From Elusimicrobiota bacterium (GTDB taxonomy: Bacteria > Elusimicrobiota > Elusimicrobia > Elusimicrobiales > UBA9959), in NCBI GenBank assembly GCA_037137395.1, contig JBAXKK010000001.1, positions 29,904 through 93,903 on the forward strand: 64,000 bases of DNA, in the 5' to 3' direction. A program made the translations under genes and the position numbers. How positions within the stretch are numbered: the stretch's first letter is position 1; each line of letters begins with the position of its first letter. The notes beneath the pieces were generated by a model. The model was not told the DNA's origin, did not search any database, and saw only the letters and a program-made list of their open reading frames with translations. This document shows positions 29,273-39,019 of this stretch, piece after piece.

Positions 29273-29468
29273 CCTGAATTCCGCAGTTCGACGTGTTTTT
29301 TATTGCGGAAATCAGGGAACAGAATTATTCTGCGGAATTCCCCGCGAAGCGGGCGGAGGGCCCAGTGCTATGCGCGCCAGACCCGAAGAAGTGTATGCCT
29401 CCCGAAGGGCGCCCGCTATGCGGACGGAAAACTTCAACTGAAGTTTTCAGGCTAAACACGCCGCAGAA
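29273..29468 (-). ncRNA. Candidate ~190-nt structured RNA or leader, family unidentified
   Basis: Has its own promoter (29500-29471) and many nested stems, including GAAAACTTCA/TGAAGTTTTC, AGCGGGCG/CGCCCGCT, CCC-TTC-GGG and CGGCGTGTTT/AAACACGTCG. Confidence 0.45.
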
Positions 29469-29470
29469 AT

Positions 29471-29500
29471 ATTATCACACATTGAGCTTGTTGGGGTCAA
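29471..29500 (-). promoter_or_regulatory. Sigma70-like promoter
   Basis: TTGACC-18 nt-GATAAT with an extended TGn. Confidence 0.6.
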
Positions 29501-29682
29501 TCTTTGAACATCGGATAAAACACAGGCTCTTGAACTGATATTATACAATTGACCGCCGCGTTTTAAGCGACCGCCACCCTTTGGGCGGCTCCTATTGAGT
29601 AGTGAAGGACTATTTTGGCACAATATAGTTACATGGCTATTTGCCGCCTACAAATAATTTGGCGTATTCGCTGAAGGATATT

Positions 29683-32331
29683 ATGCTTAAAAGACTTGTT
29701 GAATCACTCATCGGCTCTAAAAGCGAACGCGATTTAAAGAAGATCCACCCCATCGTGGATCAGATAAACGCTTTTGAAGACGAGTTCTCAAAGCTCTCCG
29801 ACGGACAGCTCAGCGCTAAAACCACGGAATTCCGGGAGCGCCTCGCCAAGGGTGCAACGCTGGACGATTTGCTGCCGGAAGCTTTTGCCGTTGTTCGCGA
29901 ATCAGCCAAAAGGACGCTTAAGATGCGTCATTACGATGTGCAGATGGTGGGCGGCATAATCCTGCACAAGGGCAAGATCGCCGAGATGCGCACCGGAGAG
30001 GGAAAAACTCTGGTGGCAACCCTGGCCGCGTATCTTAACGCCCTTACGGGAAAGGGTGTACATGTTGTAACGGTTAACGATTATCTGGCCAAACGCGACC
30101 GCTTCTGGATAGGTCCCGTGCACGAGTTTCTGGGTCTCACAGTCGGATCCGTGCAGCACGACATGCGCAACGAAGAACGCCGGGCCATGTACAACTGCGA
30201 CATTACCTATGTCACTAATAACGAGATCGGCTTTGATTACCTGCGCGACAACATGGTTATGGATAAGTCCGAGCGCGTCATGCGCGAGCGCAACTACGCT
30301 ATCGTGGACGAAGTGGACTCCATTCTTGTGGACGAGGCCCGGACTCCGCTGATCATCTCCGGCCCGGCGGAAGAGTCCACCGACAAATATTACATTGTCA
30401 ATCGTGTCATTCCGCTTCTGAACGTTCGCTTTATAACCGAGAAAGAGGAGATTGACGCTAAGCGCGAGGGTACTGATCTCGGCGTGGGGTATGACGCCGT
30501 CATAGATGAGAAGAACCATTCCGTAATTCTAACCGAAGAGGGAGTGAAAAAGGCCGAAAAAATACTTAGTGTCGGTAATATTTACGATGATGTCGGCGCC
30601 GAATGGGTGCACCATTTGAATCAGGCACTGCGCGCCTACCACCTGTTCAAGAAAGACGTGGAATATGTGGTGAAAGAAGGTGAGATCATCATCGTGGATG
30701 AGTTCACCGGACGCTTGATGCCGGGCCGCCGCTGGTCGGACGGCCTTCACCAGGCCATAGAAGCCAAGGAAAACCTGCGCATAAAGGAAGAGAACCAGAC
30801 CCTGGCCACTATAACTTTCCAGAACTATTTCAAGCTGTACAACAAGCTTTCCGGCATGACCGGTACGGCTCTGACCGAAGCCGACGAGTTCTGGGAGATC
30901 TACAAGCTGGATGTGGTTGAGATACCGCCGAACCGTCCCATGGTGCGACAGGATTCTCCGGATCGGATATACCGGACCGAGCGCGAGAAGAACGCCGCCA
31001 TAGTCGCCGAGATAGAGGAGCGCTGGAAGAAGGGTCAGCCGATGCTTGTGGGCACCCGTTCCATAGATAAATCGGAGAAGCTGTCCACGATGCTGCGCCA
31101 CAAAGGCGTGCCGCATGAAGTTTTGAACGCCAAATACCATGAGATGGAGGCCCAGATCATCGCCCAGGCAGGCCGAAAGAACCAGGTGACAATCGCCACC
31201 AACATGGCGGGTCGCGGCACCGATATCATTTTAGGCGGCAACCCTCCGGATGAGGCTAACCACCAGTATGTCGCCTCAGTGGGCGGCCTGCATGTTATGG
31301 GCACCGAGCGCCACGAGTCGCGCCGTATAGATAACCAGCTGCGCGGCCGCTGCGCCAGGCAGGGAGACTCCGGTTCTTCCGTTTTTTATGTGTCGTTGGA
31401 GGACGAATTGATGCGCCTGTTCGGTTCGGACAGGATCTCCATGATCATGGAGAAGCTGGGCATGGAAGAAGGCGAGGTTATAGAGTCCGCTATGGTCAGC
31501 CGCCAGATAGAGGGCGCTCAGAAGCGGGTGGAGGGCATGAACTTTGACGCCCGCAAACAGCTTTTGGATTACGACAACGTGATGAATAAGCAGCGCATGG
31601 CCATCTATGAATTGCGCAATGTTATTCTGGACGGGGCCGACGTTACCGTTCGCGTGAAGAGCATGATTCAGGAAGGAGTAGAGGAGCAGATAGACTTTTG
31701 CGCGCCGGCCGATCAGTCCTCCCAGCTCTGGAACATGGAGAACCTGAATATTTATCTGGCCAAGACCTTCGGTTTCACGCTCGAATACACTAAAGATCAA
31801 CTGCATAGTATGCAGCAGGCTGAACTGAAGAAAGAGCTGCACGAAAGAGTGGAAAAGGGCTATGATAACCGCGTCCGTGAATTTGCGGAGCGCGGCGTGA
31901 ATTTTAACGATATGCAGCGCGTGCTGCTGCTCCAGATCATAGACCATATCTGGAAGAACCATCTCTACGATCTCGACCACCTTAAGAAGGGCGTGGGCCT
32001 GCGCGCTTACGGCCAGAAAGATCCGCTCATAGAATATCAGAAAGAATCCTATGCCATGTTCGAGAAAATGCTTGGGCGCGTCAGGGATGAGATGGTTGAA
32101 TATGTTTTCAGGATACAGCTTCCGCCCGTGGCTGCGGCAAAGCCTCATGTAACCCGGGAAGAGGGCGCTGAACCAGAAGCCGACGGTATGGTGAAAGCAG
32201 GCGCGGAGCAGGTTGGTAATTTGGCGACCAAGAAAAAACCGCAGGAAAAGTATGTCAATCTCAAAACAGGCAGAAACGACCCCTGCCCCTGCGGCTCCGG
32301 CAAAAAATACAAGAAATGTCACGGGGCGTAG
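29683..32331 (+). CDS. secA: Preprotein translocase ATPase SecA
   Basis: [38 protein letters not shown]-terminal [23 protein letters not shown]; AAGGA before ATG 29683. Confidence 0.99.
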   Translation: MLKRLVESLIGSKSERDLKKIHPIVDQINAFEDEFSKLSDGQLSAKTTEFRERLAKGATLDDLLPEAFAVVRESAKRTLKMRHYDVQMVGGIILHKGKIAEMRTGEGKTLVATLAAYLNALTGKGVHVVTVNDYLAKRDRFWIGPVHEFLGLTVGSVQHDMRNEERRAMYNCDITYVTNNEIGFDYLRDNMVMDKSERVMRERNYAIVDEVDSILVDEARTPLIISGPAEESTDKYYIVNRVIPLLNVRFITEKEEIDAKREGTDLGVGYDAVIDEKNHSVILTEEGVKKAEKILSVGNIYDDVGAEWVHHLNQALRAYHLFKKDVEYVVKEGEIIIVDEFTGRLMPGRRWSDGLHQAIEAKENLRIKEENQTLATITFQNYFKLYNKLSGMTGTALTEADEFWEIYKLDVVEIPPNRPMVRQDSPDRIYRTEREKNAAIVAEIEERWKKGQPMLVGTRSIDKSEKLSTMLRHKGVPHEVLNAKYHEMEAQIIAQAGRKNQVTIATNMAGRGTDIILGGNPPDEANHQYVASVGGLHVMGTERHESRRIDNQLRGRCARQGDSGSSVFYVSLEDELMRLFGSDRISMIMEKLGMEEGEVIESAMVSRQIEGAQKRVEGMNFDARKQLLDYDNVMNKQRMAIYELRNVILDGADVTVRVKSMIQEGVEEQIDFCAPADQSSQLWNMENLNIYLAKTFGFTLEYTKDQLHSMQQAELKKELHERVEKGYDNRVREFAERGVNFNDMQRVLLLQIIDHIWKNHLYDLDHLKKGVGLRAYGQKDPLIEYQKESYAMFEKMLGRVRDEMVEYVFRIQLPPVAAAKPHVTREEGAEPEADGMVKAGAEQVGNLATKKKPQEKYVNLKTGRNDPCPCGSGKKYKKCHGA

Positions 32332-32523
32332 GGGATTTAAGATTTAAGATTGTCAGATTTAAGATTCAAGATTTAGGATTCAGGATTGAAGATTTAGGGG
32401 TTAAGATTGGTGAGTTGGGGCTGCGATGGAGATGGGCGGTAAATAGAAAATGGGGTCTAAATCAAAATCTCAGCGATTCGGATTCCGTAATCTTAAATCT
32501 GGAATCTTGAATTTTGAATCCGC
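32332..32523. repeat. Heptamer-periodic inverted-arm element (AAGATTY / RAATCTT)
   Basis: 11 units at 32332-32409 directly after the secA stop; ~6 complementary units at 32482-32523. Confidence 0.88.
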
Positions 32524-33940
32524 AACCACCCTGCTTCTGCCAGCGCTCACAGCACTGCTTCTTATCTTCAGCTATCCAAAGTTTAATCAAGGGTGGTTGG
32601 CGTGGCTGGCCCTGGCCCCGCTCACGGTCTCACTCTGGAAAGTTAAAAGCCTCAAACAAGCCCTGATAGCCGGTCTCGTGGCCGGTTTCTTTTTTTACGC
32701 CGGCATCCTTTATTGGATCTATCCAACCATGCGCGCCGGAGGGGTTATCCCGGTTGTTTCCGCTTTCGGTCTGGCGGCTTTAAGCCTGTTGATGGCGTGC
32801 GAGTTCATTCTTATCGCCGGTTTCGGCTTTTATCTGAAAAGGATAGGGCCCCGGATCTGGCCTTGTGTTTTTGCCCTGGGTTGGGCTCTGCTGGAATATG
32901 GCAAGATTTACCTAAGCCTTAAGGCGGTATGGTTTCCCTGGTTCATGCTTGGTTATACGCAGTGGGAGTACACGCCCATCATCCAACTTGCCTCCCTGAC
33001 CGGAGTTTACGGCCTTAGCGCGGCAATCTGTTTCACCGGCGCGCTGGCTGGAAGTATTTTAGTCGCGGATATCACCACTCTTAAAAAATTTTTGCGCTTT
33101 ATCCCCGCTCCGGCTCTGATAGGTTTGATATTTTTTTACGGAGGTCGGGAACTTAAAACAGCCGACAATGCCGTGGCACCAAAATCGTTTAATGTCGCCA
33201 TACTGCAGCCATCCATAGACCTTTACGCGAAATGGGACGCGGCTCAGGCTCGTAATATTCGCGCAGACATGGAGGGGCTGGCTGCCGCGGCCAAAAACTC
33301 TGATCTGGTCGTCTGGCCGGAAAACGCTCTGCCGTGCTGGATAGATGAGCCCGAATGCTATGCCTGGCTTAAAGCCGCGACGCTCCGCCCCGCCGGCGTG
33401 AGTATCGTGGGATCCGTGTCTAAGGGGGACGGACGCCATGTGTCCGCGTTCCTGCTGGATGAGAAGGGTGAAATAAAAGGTTCTTATGATAAACGCCAAC
33501 TGGTGCCTTTCGGGGAGTATGTGCCACTGCGGGGTTTGCTGGGAAGATATATTAAGCCCGTGGCCGCGCTGGGGGAATTTCTGCCGGGTGCTCCTGCTCA
33601 GGGGCTTATGACATTCGGTGATTTTAAAATAGGCGCGGCCATTTGTTACGAATCGGTTTTCCCTTACCTGTTTGCCGGCGACACCCTGGCCGGCGCCGAA
33701 GTCTTTGTTAATATCACCAACGATGGCTGGTATCTGGATACCGCCGCGCCGTATCAGCATTTTCTTGTTAACATTTTTCGGGCGGTTGAAACCCGAAGAC
33801 CGGTAATCCGCGCGGCCAATAACGGCATCTCGGCGGTTATAGATCCCTGGGGCCGAGTGTTGGTCAGGAAAGATCTGAACGAGCGCGGCGTTCTGAAGGT
33901 GAAGGTTCCCGTTTATTCCGATCTCGGCCTCAGCTTTTAA
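32450..33940 (+). CDS. lnt: Apolipoprotein N-acyltransferase
   Basis: FPWFMLGYTQ, WPE, KRQLVPFGEYVP, ICYES, NITNDGW, RAANNGIS. The start is uncertain because it lies inside the repeat element. Confidence 0.95.
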   Translation: MGSKSKSQRFGFRNLKSGILNFESATTLLLPALTALLLIFSYPKFNQGWLAWLALAPLTVSLWKVKSLKQALIAGLVAGFFFYAGILYWIYPTMRAGGVIPVVSAFGLAALSLLMACEFILIAGFGFYLKRIGPRIWPCVFALGWALLEYGKIYLSLKAVWFPWFMLGYTQWEYTPIIQLASLTGVYGLSAAICFTGALAGSILVADITTLKKFLRFIPAPALIGLIFFYGGRELKTADNAVAPKSFNVAILQPSIDLYAKWDAAQARNIRADMEGLAAAAKNSDLVVWPENALPCWIDEPECYAWLKAATLRPAGVSIVGSVSKGDGRHVSAFLLDEKGEIKGSYDKRQLVPFGEYVPLRGLLGRYIKPVAALGEFLPGAPAQGLMTFGDFKIGAAICYESVFPYLFAGDTLAGAEVFVNITNDGWYLDTAAPYQHFLVNIFRAVETRRPVIRAANNGISAVIDPWGRVLVRKDLNERGVLKVKVPVYSDLGLSF

Positions 33941-33959
33941 AAAGGCAGCATCAGTTTAT

Positions 33960-34874
33960 ATGAAAATTGTTTTTTCAAGCGATTATACGGTAAGTAATTG
34001 CCGGCATATTTTCAGGACCGATAAATTTTCGGCGGTCCTGAAGTTGCTTTTGGAAGAGGGGTTGGTCACAAAAAAAGAAATTATTGAGCCAAAGCCTCCA
34101 TCCAGGGCCGACCTTATGCTGGCTCATACGCCGGCATGGGTTGATAAGAATCTGCGCTTTAAATTCACGCCGCTGGACAGCGCCAGGGCGGAGCTTGATA
34201 TAACCCGCGGCGTGGCGCGCGCGCACCTTATGAATGTCGGCGGCACTATCGCAGCCGCCAGGCTGGCGCTTGAAACCGGCCTGGGGATAAACTGCGGCGG
34301 CGGCTCGCATCACGCCTTTAAAGGCCACGGCGAGGGCTTTTGTCTTTTAAATGACGTCGCCGTAGCGGTTAAAAAACTTCAGGCGGAAAAGAGTATAAAG
34401 CGCGCGCTTATCGTGGACCTGGATGTTCATCAGGGCAATGGCACAGCCTCTGTTTTTAAAAAGGATAAAAATATTTTCACTTTTTCAATGCACCAGCGGG
34501 ATATATACCCGAAAGTGAGAGAAAAAAGCTCGTTTGATCTGGAGCTGCCCGCCGGAACCGGAGACGCGGAGTATTTAAAAATTTTGCGCAATATCCTGCC
34601 TGAGATATTTAATAAGGCCCGAGCAGATGTTGTTGTTTACAATTCCGGCGCAGACATTTATGAGCATGACATGTTGGGGGGGCTGAAATTGACCATGGCG
34701 GGAGTGGCTGCGCGGGATAAGATGGTATTCTCGGAGTGCTTTGGAAGGAAGACGCCTGTCATCCTTGTTCTAAGCGGCGGCTATGCCCGGAAATTTTCCG
34801 ATACCGTACGGCTGCACGCCAACACGATCATAACAGCTGTGGCGTTGTGGAAAAACATAGGTCTTAAGACCTAA
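33960..34874 (+). CDS. Histone-deacetylase-family Zn amidohydrolase
   Basis: GGSHHA, GFC..ND, DLDVHQGNGT, GAD....D.LG, GGY. Confidence 0.93.
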   Translation: MKIVFSSDYTVSNCRHIFRTDKFSAVLKLLLEEGLVTKKEIIEPKPPSRADLMLAHTPAWVDKNLRFKFTPLDSARAELDITRGVARAHLMNVGGTIAAARLALETGLGINCGGGSHHAFKGHGEGFCLLNDVAVAVKKLQAEKSIKRALIVDLDVHQGNGTASVFKKDKNIFTFSMHQRDIYPKVREKSSFDLELPAGTGDAEYLKILRNILPEIFNKARADVVVYNSGADIYEHDMLGGLKLTMAGVAARDKMVFSECFGRKTPVILVLSGGYARKFSDTVRLHANTIITAVALWKNIGLKT

Positions 34875-34947
34875 TTTGGCATAGGCCCTAAGACCCTCTG
34901 CGGTGTGGGCCTTTTGGCCTTGATAATCATCAATAGTGATGTAAACT
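34858..34947 (+). promoter_or_regulatory. Clostripain-2 promoter: three 16-bp boxes at 24-bp period plus TTGATA-16-TAAACT
   Basis: TAGGTCTTAAGACCTA (34858, perfect palindrome), TAGGCCCTAAGACCCT (34882), TGGGCCTTTTGGCCTT (34906). Confidence 0.7.
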
Positions 34948-34989
34948 ATATGACATGCCGCATGGCAGGTAAATAAAAAGTAGGAGGAA

Positions 34990-36249
34990 GTGCAGATGCT
35001 TAAAAAACTCGTGATGACAGCCGTTGCACTGTCGATGTCGGCCTCGCTTTACGCCGGGATCAATTTCGACAATCCCAAAGCCAATAACTTCAAAGAAGAG
35101 ATTTCAAATGTGGAGCTCGCAGCCCCCGCCACGGCCTCTCCTGAGATAGTGACGGCTGATAAAGCCAAAGAATGGACCATTATGGTCTTCGTCAACGGCA
35201 AAAACAATCTGGAACAATACGCACTTAAAGACATGAACGAGATGGAGATGATAGGCTCCTCCGACCAGGTAAACATCGTCACCGAAGTGGGCCGTATATC
35301 CGGATACGATTCCTCCGATGGCGACTGGAAAACCGCCCGACGCTATCTTATAAAGAAAGATAGTAACATTAACAAAATAACCTCTCCCGTTGTGCAGGAG
35401 TTGGGAAAGGTGGATATGGGTGACTACAAACATCTTGCGGACTTCGCTAACTGGGCCAAGACCACCTACCCCGCCAAAAAATACATGCTTATAGTCTGGA
35501 ATCATGGCGCCGGCTGGGTCAAATCCCGTGAACTTGGCAATAAAGGCATTTCATACGATGATGAGACGGGTAATCATATAGACACCCCGCAGCTTGGCTT
35601 GGCCCTGAAAGCCATCGGCAAAATCGATGTCTACGGCTCAGACGCCTGCCTTATGCAGATGCCTGAAGTGAACTATGAGATCAAAGATTATGTTGACTAT
35701 ATCGTGGGCTCGGAAGAGACCGAACCCGGCGACGGCTACACCTATAATCTGCTGCTTGGGCCCCTCGTTGCCAAGCCCGCTATGGGAGCGGAAGAACTGG
35801 GCAAGCTGGCAGTGGATGCCTACAGCGACCATTACCAGTCCATCGGAGAGGGGTCTACCCAGAGCCTTGTGAAAGCCTCCGCGCTGAACGGCTTCATACC
35901 TGTGGTTAATGACTTCGTCGCGGCTTCCATCGCCTCCGGAGAGAAAGCCCTGGTGAAAACGGCTTTAAATGGAGCGCAGAGCTACGCTTACGCAGAAAAT
36001 AAGGACATGTCGCACTTCCTTACCCTCTACATGGCTTCCAGCAAGAACGCCGAGGTTAAGGCTAAGGGCAAGATCCTGCAGGACTATCTGCTGAACACGC
36101 TGGTGATCCATAACCGCGTTAACGGCACATACGGAGACTCCAAGGGCCTTGCGATATACATGCCAAGTTATTCCAACTCCACCTACAACGAACTGGCCTG
36201 GGCCAAAGCGTCGCAGTGGGATGAGTTTATCGGCTGGTACACTAAGTAA
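34990..36249 (+). CDS. Secreted clostripain-family (C11) protease, paralogue 2
   Basis: AGGAGG RBS; signal peptide; KEWTIMVFVNGKNNL, WNHG, DACLM, GSEE. Confidence 0.92.
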   Translation: MQMLKKLVMTAVALSMSASLYAGINFDNPKANNFKEEISNVELAAPATASPEIVTADKAKEWTIMVFVNGKNNLEQYALKDMNEMEMIGSSDQVNIVTEVGRISGYDSSDGDWKTARRYLIKKDSNINKITSPVVQELGKVDMGDYKHLADFANWAKTTYPAKKYMLIVWNHGAGWVKSRELGNKGISYDDETGNHIDTPQLGLALKAIGKIDVYGSDACLMQMPEVNYEIKDYVDYIVGSEETEPGDGYTYNLLLGPLVAKPAMGAEELGKLAVDAYSDHYQSIGEGSTQSLVKASALNGFIPVVNDFVAASIASGEKALVKTALNGAQSYAYAENKDMSHFLTLYMASSKNAEVKAKGKILQDYLLNTLVIHNRVNGTYGDSKGLAIYMPSYSNSTYNELAWAKASQWDEFIGWYTK

Positions 36250-36271
36250 TATTAATTCTTAATTAACAACA

Positions 36272-36308
36272 CGGGCCGTCTGCCTTGGGCAGACGGCCCG
36301 CTTGTTTT
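36272..36308 (+). terminator. Rho-independent terminator
   Basis: 13-bp stem CGGGCCGTCTGCC/GGCAGACGGCCCG followed by CTTGTTTT. Confidence 0.85.
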
Positions 36309-36375
36309 ATAACCTTTATGCCCAAAGTCGCATAGGTCTTACGTCTCTTGTAATATTTGGCAGATCTTATAGTAT
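36309..36375 (+). promoter_or_regulatory. Clostripain-3 promoter: two degenerate boxes plus TTGTAA-16-TAGTAT
   Basis: ATAACCTTTATGCCCA (36309) and TAGGTCTTACGTCTCT (36333), 24 bp apart. Confidence 0.5.
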
Positions 36376-36414
36376 ATATGTAGTCGATGATATCAACCTG
36401 CTGAGAGCCATAAA

Positions 36415-37710
36415 ATGTTTAAAAAAACTTTAACTTATGCGGTCATGCTGGTTTCCATTGCTTCTTTTTCCATGGCGGCTGTGAACTTCGACAATCCTGA
36501 GGCTAACAGCTTTGCTGATGAAATAAAAAATATTACCATCGATATGCCCGCCCCCGGAGGGGTGCCCAATAAGATGGCCGAAAAGCCAAAAGAATGGACC
36601 ATTATGGTTTTCGTTAACGGCAGAAACAATCTGGAGGAAAACGCCCTCAAGGATATTAACGAAATGGAAATGGTGGGTTCTTCAGACCAGGTCAATATCG
36701 TCGTTCAGGTCGCCCGCATAGTCGGGTACAATTCTTCTGATGGCGACTGGACAACCGCCCGACGCTACCTCATTACTAAAGACAATAATGTTGACAGAAT
36801 AAGTTCTCCCATTCTGAAGGACCTTGGCAAGGTGGATATGGGGGATTATCGGAATGTGATAGCTTTCGGCAAATGGGCAAAAGCCGCCTATCCTGCCAGA
36901 AAAACCATGCTTATCATCTGGGACCATGGCACGGGCTGGGTAAAAAGCAGCGGGAGCATCACAAAAGGTATCTCCTACGACTCGGAGAGTCGCCACTATA
37001 TTAACACTCCGCAAATGGCGGCCATTCTTAAAGGTGTCGGCGGCGTTGATGTTTACGGTTCCGACGCCTGCCTGATGCAGATGGCGGAAGTCGTGTACGA
37101 GATAAAAGATTATGTTAAATTCATCGTGGGCTCGGAAGAGGCCGCACCCGGAGACGGATACGCCTATAATGACCTCCTGGCCCAGTTGGTCGCTAAACCC
37201 GGCATGGACGCGGAAGCGCTCGCCAGGGTGGCGGTTGAGTCTTACGCCAATTACTACCAGGCCAAGAGAGAAGGTTCAACCCAGAGCTATGTCCGCTCCG
37301 CTGCTATTCCCGGTTTTCTGAAAGCGGTTAATGAATTCGCCAGTGCCATCACAACTGCCGGTGAAAAAAGCCTCACCGGGAAGGCCAGGGTCGCGGCACA
37401 GGCCTATAGGGACACCGATAATAAAGATCTATATCACTTCGCGCAGCTTATAGCAGCCGGGAGCAATGACCCCTCAGTAAAAGAGAAGTCCGCAGCGCTG
37501 ATGGCATACATGGAAAAAGTGCTTATAGGTTATAATCGGGCCAATAACGGTTCCGGCGGCAGCTACTGGCTTCCCCCCGTCAATCACTTAAACTCTCACG
37601 GAATCTCCATATATCTGCCGTCTGCGGCCCCGGCCTCCGGCTATGAAGATCTTCAGTGGTCCAAGTATTCCAACTGGGATGAGTTTATAAAATGGTACCA
37701 GCTGCCGTAA
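36415..37710 (+). CDS. Secreted clostripain-family (C11) protease, paralogue 3 (tandem duplicate of paralogue 2)
   Basis: WDHG, DACLM, GSEE; long stretches near-identical to 34990-36249. Confidence 0.92.
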   Translation: MFKKTLTYAVMLVSIASFSMAAVNFDNPEANSFADEIKNITIDMPAPGGVPNKMAEKPKEWTIMVFVNGRNNLEENALKDINEMEMVGSSDQVNIVVQVARIVGYNSSDGDWTTARRYLITKDNNVDRISSPILKDLGKVDMGDYRNVIAFGKWAKAAYPARKTMLIIWDHGTGWVKSSGSITKGISYDSESRHYINTPQMAAILKGVGGVDVYGSDACLMQMAEVVYEIKDYVKFIVGSEEAAPGDGYAYNDLLAQLVAKPGMDAEALARVAVESYANYYQAKREGSTQSYVRSAAIPGFLKAVNEFASAITTAGEKSLTGKARVAAQAYRDTDNKDLYHFAQLIAAGSNDPSVKEKSAALMAYMEKVLIGYNRANNGSGGSYWLPPVNHLNSHGISIYLPSAAPASGYEDLQWSKYSNWDEFIKWYQLP

Positions 37711-37736
37711 GTACGGTAATAAGGTGAGTTTTTGAG

Positions 37737-37766
37737 AAGGGCCGGCGTAAATGCCGGCCCTTTTTT
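37737..37766 (+). terminator. Rho-independent terminator
   Basis: AAGGGCCGGC/GCCGGCCCTT stem followed by a T tract. Confidence 0.88.
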
Positions 37767-37822
37767 ATGTTTCGGTTTGTGTGAACGCCGGCTTTTAGTC
37801 TTAAGCGATAAGCATGAGCATA

Positions 37823-37964
37823 AAGGGAAAGTGGTTAGTGGACAGTGAATAGTGGCTAGTAGTTAATGGTTGGTGTCCGCCGCGCTGAGTAATGACCAAT
37901 AAATAGTGATTGATGGATGCGGATCATTTACCACTTATCACTAACCACTATCCACTAATCACTG
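37823..37964. repeat. Heptamer-periodic inverted-arm element (AGTGGTT / AACCACT type)
   Basis: Left agtggtt-agtggac-agtgaat-agtggct-agtagtt-aatggtt; right atcattt-accactt-atcacta-accacta-tccacta-atcactg. Confidence 0.88.
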
Positions 37965-37969
37965 GCGGG

Positions 37970-38899
37970 CTACACCCGGGATTTAAAATAGGCCACTGTT
38001 TTCTTAAGGCCTTCCTCAAGCGAAACTTTGGGCTGCCACTTTAGTTCCTTTTTAGCGCGGGTTATGTCGGGCTTGCGCACCTTGGGGTCGTCCTCAGGCA
38101 AGGGTTGGAAAATTATTTTTGACTTGCTGCCGGCGGCCGTCTTGACCATTTGAGCCAGCTCCAGGAGCGTAAGTTCGCGAGGGTTACCGATGTTTACCGG
38201 TTCGTTTATGCCGCTGTTCAGCAGACGGTATATCCCTTCGATCAGGTCGGAAACATAGCACAGGCTGCGGGTCTGGAGGCCGTCGCCGTAGACGGTGATG
38301 GGTTTATTCTTTAGCGCCTGCACCATGAAATTCGGGACGGCGCGTCCGTCTTCCAGGCGCATGTTGGGGCCGTAGGTATTGAAGATGCGCAGTATGCGCA
38401 CCTGCATACCATGGTAGCGGTGGTAGGCCATGGTCATCGCTTCGGCGAAGCGCTTGGCCTCGTCATACACGCCGCGCGGGCCTATCGGATTAACATTGCC
38501 CCAATAGCTTTCGTGCTGGGGATTTATAAGCGGATCGCCGTACACCTCTGAGGTCGAGGCGATCATGAAAATGGCGTTCTTGGCCTTGGCCAGGCCCAGC
38601 GCTTTATGTGTGCCCAGGGCTCCGACTTTCAGCGTCGGTATCGGGTATTTTAGGTAATCTATGGGAGAGGCAGGGCTGGCGAAATGCAAGACCGCGTCCA
38701 ATTTCCCCGGCACATGCAGGTAGTTCGTCACGTCATATTTTACGAACTCGAATTTGCCGTTTTTGAACAGGTCTTGTATATTATCGACGTTGCCGGTTAT
38801 AAAGTTGTCCAGCCCCACCACCGAATGCCCCTTGCCCAGCAGATATCTCGATAGATGGCTCCCCAAAAAACCGGCGGCGCCGGTAACTAAAATTCTCAT
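37970..38899 (-). CDS. UDP-glucuronate decarboxylase (UDP-xylose synthase)
   Basis: [53 protein letters not shown]. Confidence 0.95.
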   Translation of the reverse strand: MRILVTGAAGFLGSHLSRYLLGKGHSVVGLDNFITGNVDNIQDLFKNGKFEFVKYDVTNYLHVPGKLDAVLHFASPASPIDYLKYPIPTLKVGALGTHKALGLAKAKNAIFMIASTSEVYGDPLINPQHESYWGNVNPIGPRGVYDEAKRFAEAMTMAYHRYHGMQVRILRIFNTYGPNMRLEDGRAVPNFMVQALKNKPITVYGDGLQTRSLCYVSDLIEGIYRLLNSGINEPVNIGNPRELTLLELAQMVKTAAGSKSKIIFQPLPEDDPKVRKPDITRAKKELKWQPKVSLEEGLKKTVAYFKSRV

Positions 38900-38920
38900 G
38901 ATATAACTCCTAATGATTTA

Positions 38921-39016
38921 TCGTAAAGCGTAAAGCGTGAAGCGTAAAGAGCGAGAACCAAACAGCAAATTTTTAAGAGCCGTGGCCCTTCACGCTTTAC
39001 GCTTTACTCTTTACGT
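38921..39016. repeat. Heptamer-periodic inverted-arm element (GCGTAAA / TTTACGC)
   Basis: 4 units at 38921-38948 and 4 complementary units at 38989-39016. Confidence 0.9.
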
Positions 39017-39019
39017 CCG

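Noticed and set aside
29300-29400. SAM-I riboswitch (AATTCCGCAG...CTG resemblance)
   Set aside because: The TTATC/GAT P1 and GCAACC core elements are absent.
29902-32322. Several long antisense ORFs (205, 203 and 348 aa)
   Set aside because: They are codon-bias shadows of secA.
32332-32523. Heptamer arrays as CRISPR arrays or terminators
   Set aside because: There is no 23-47-nt repeat with unique spacers, no cas genes, and no U-tract after the arms.
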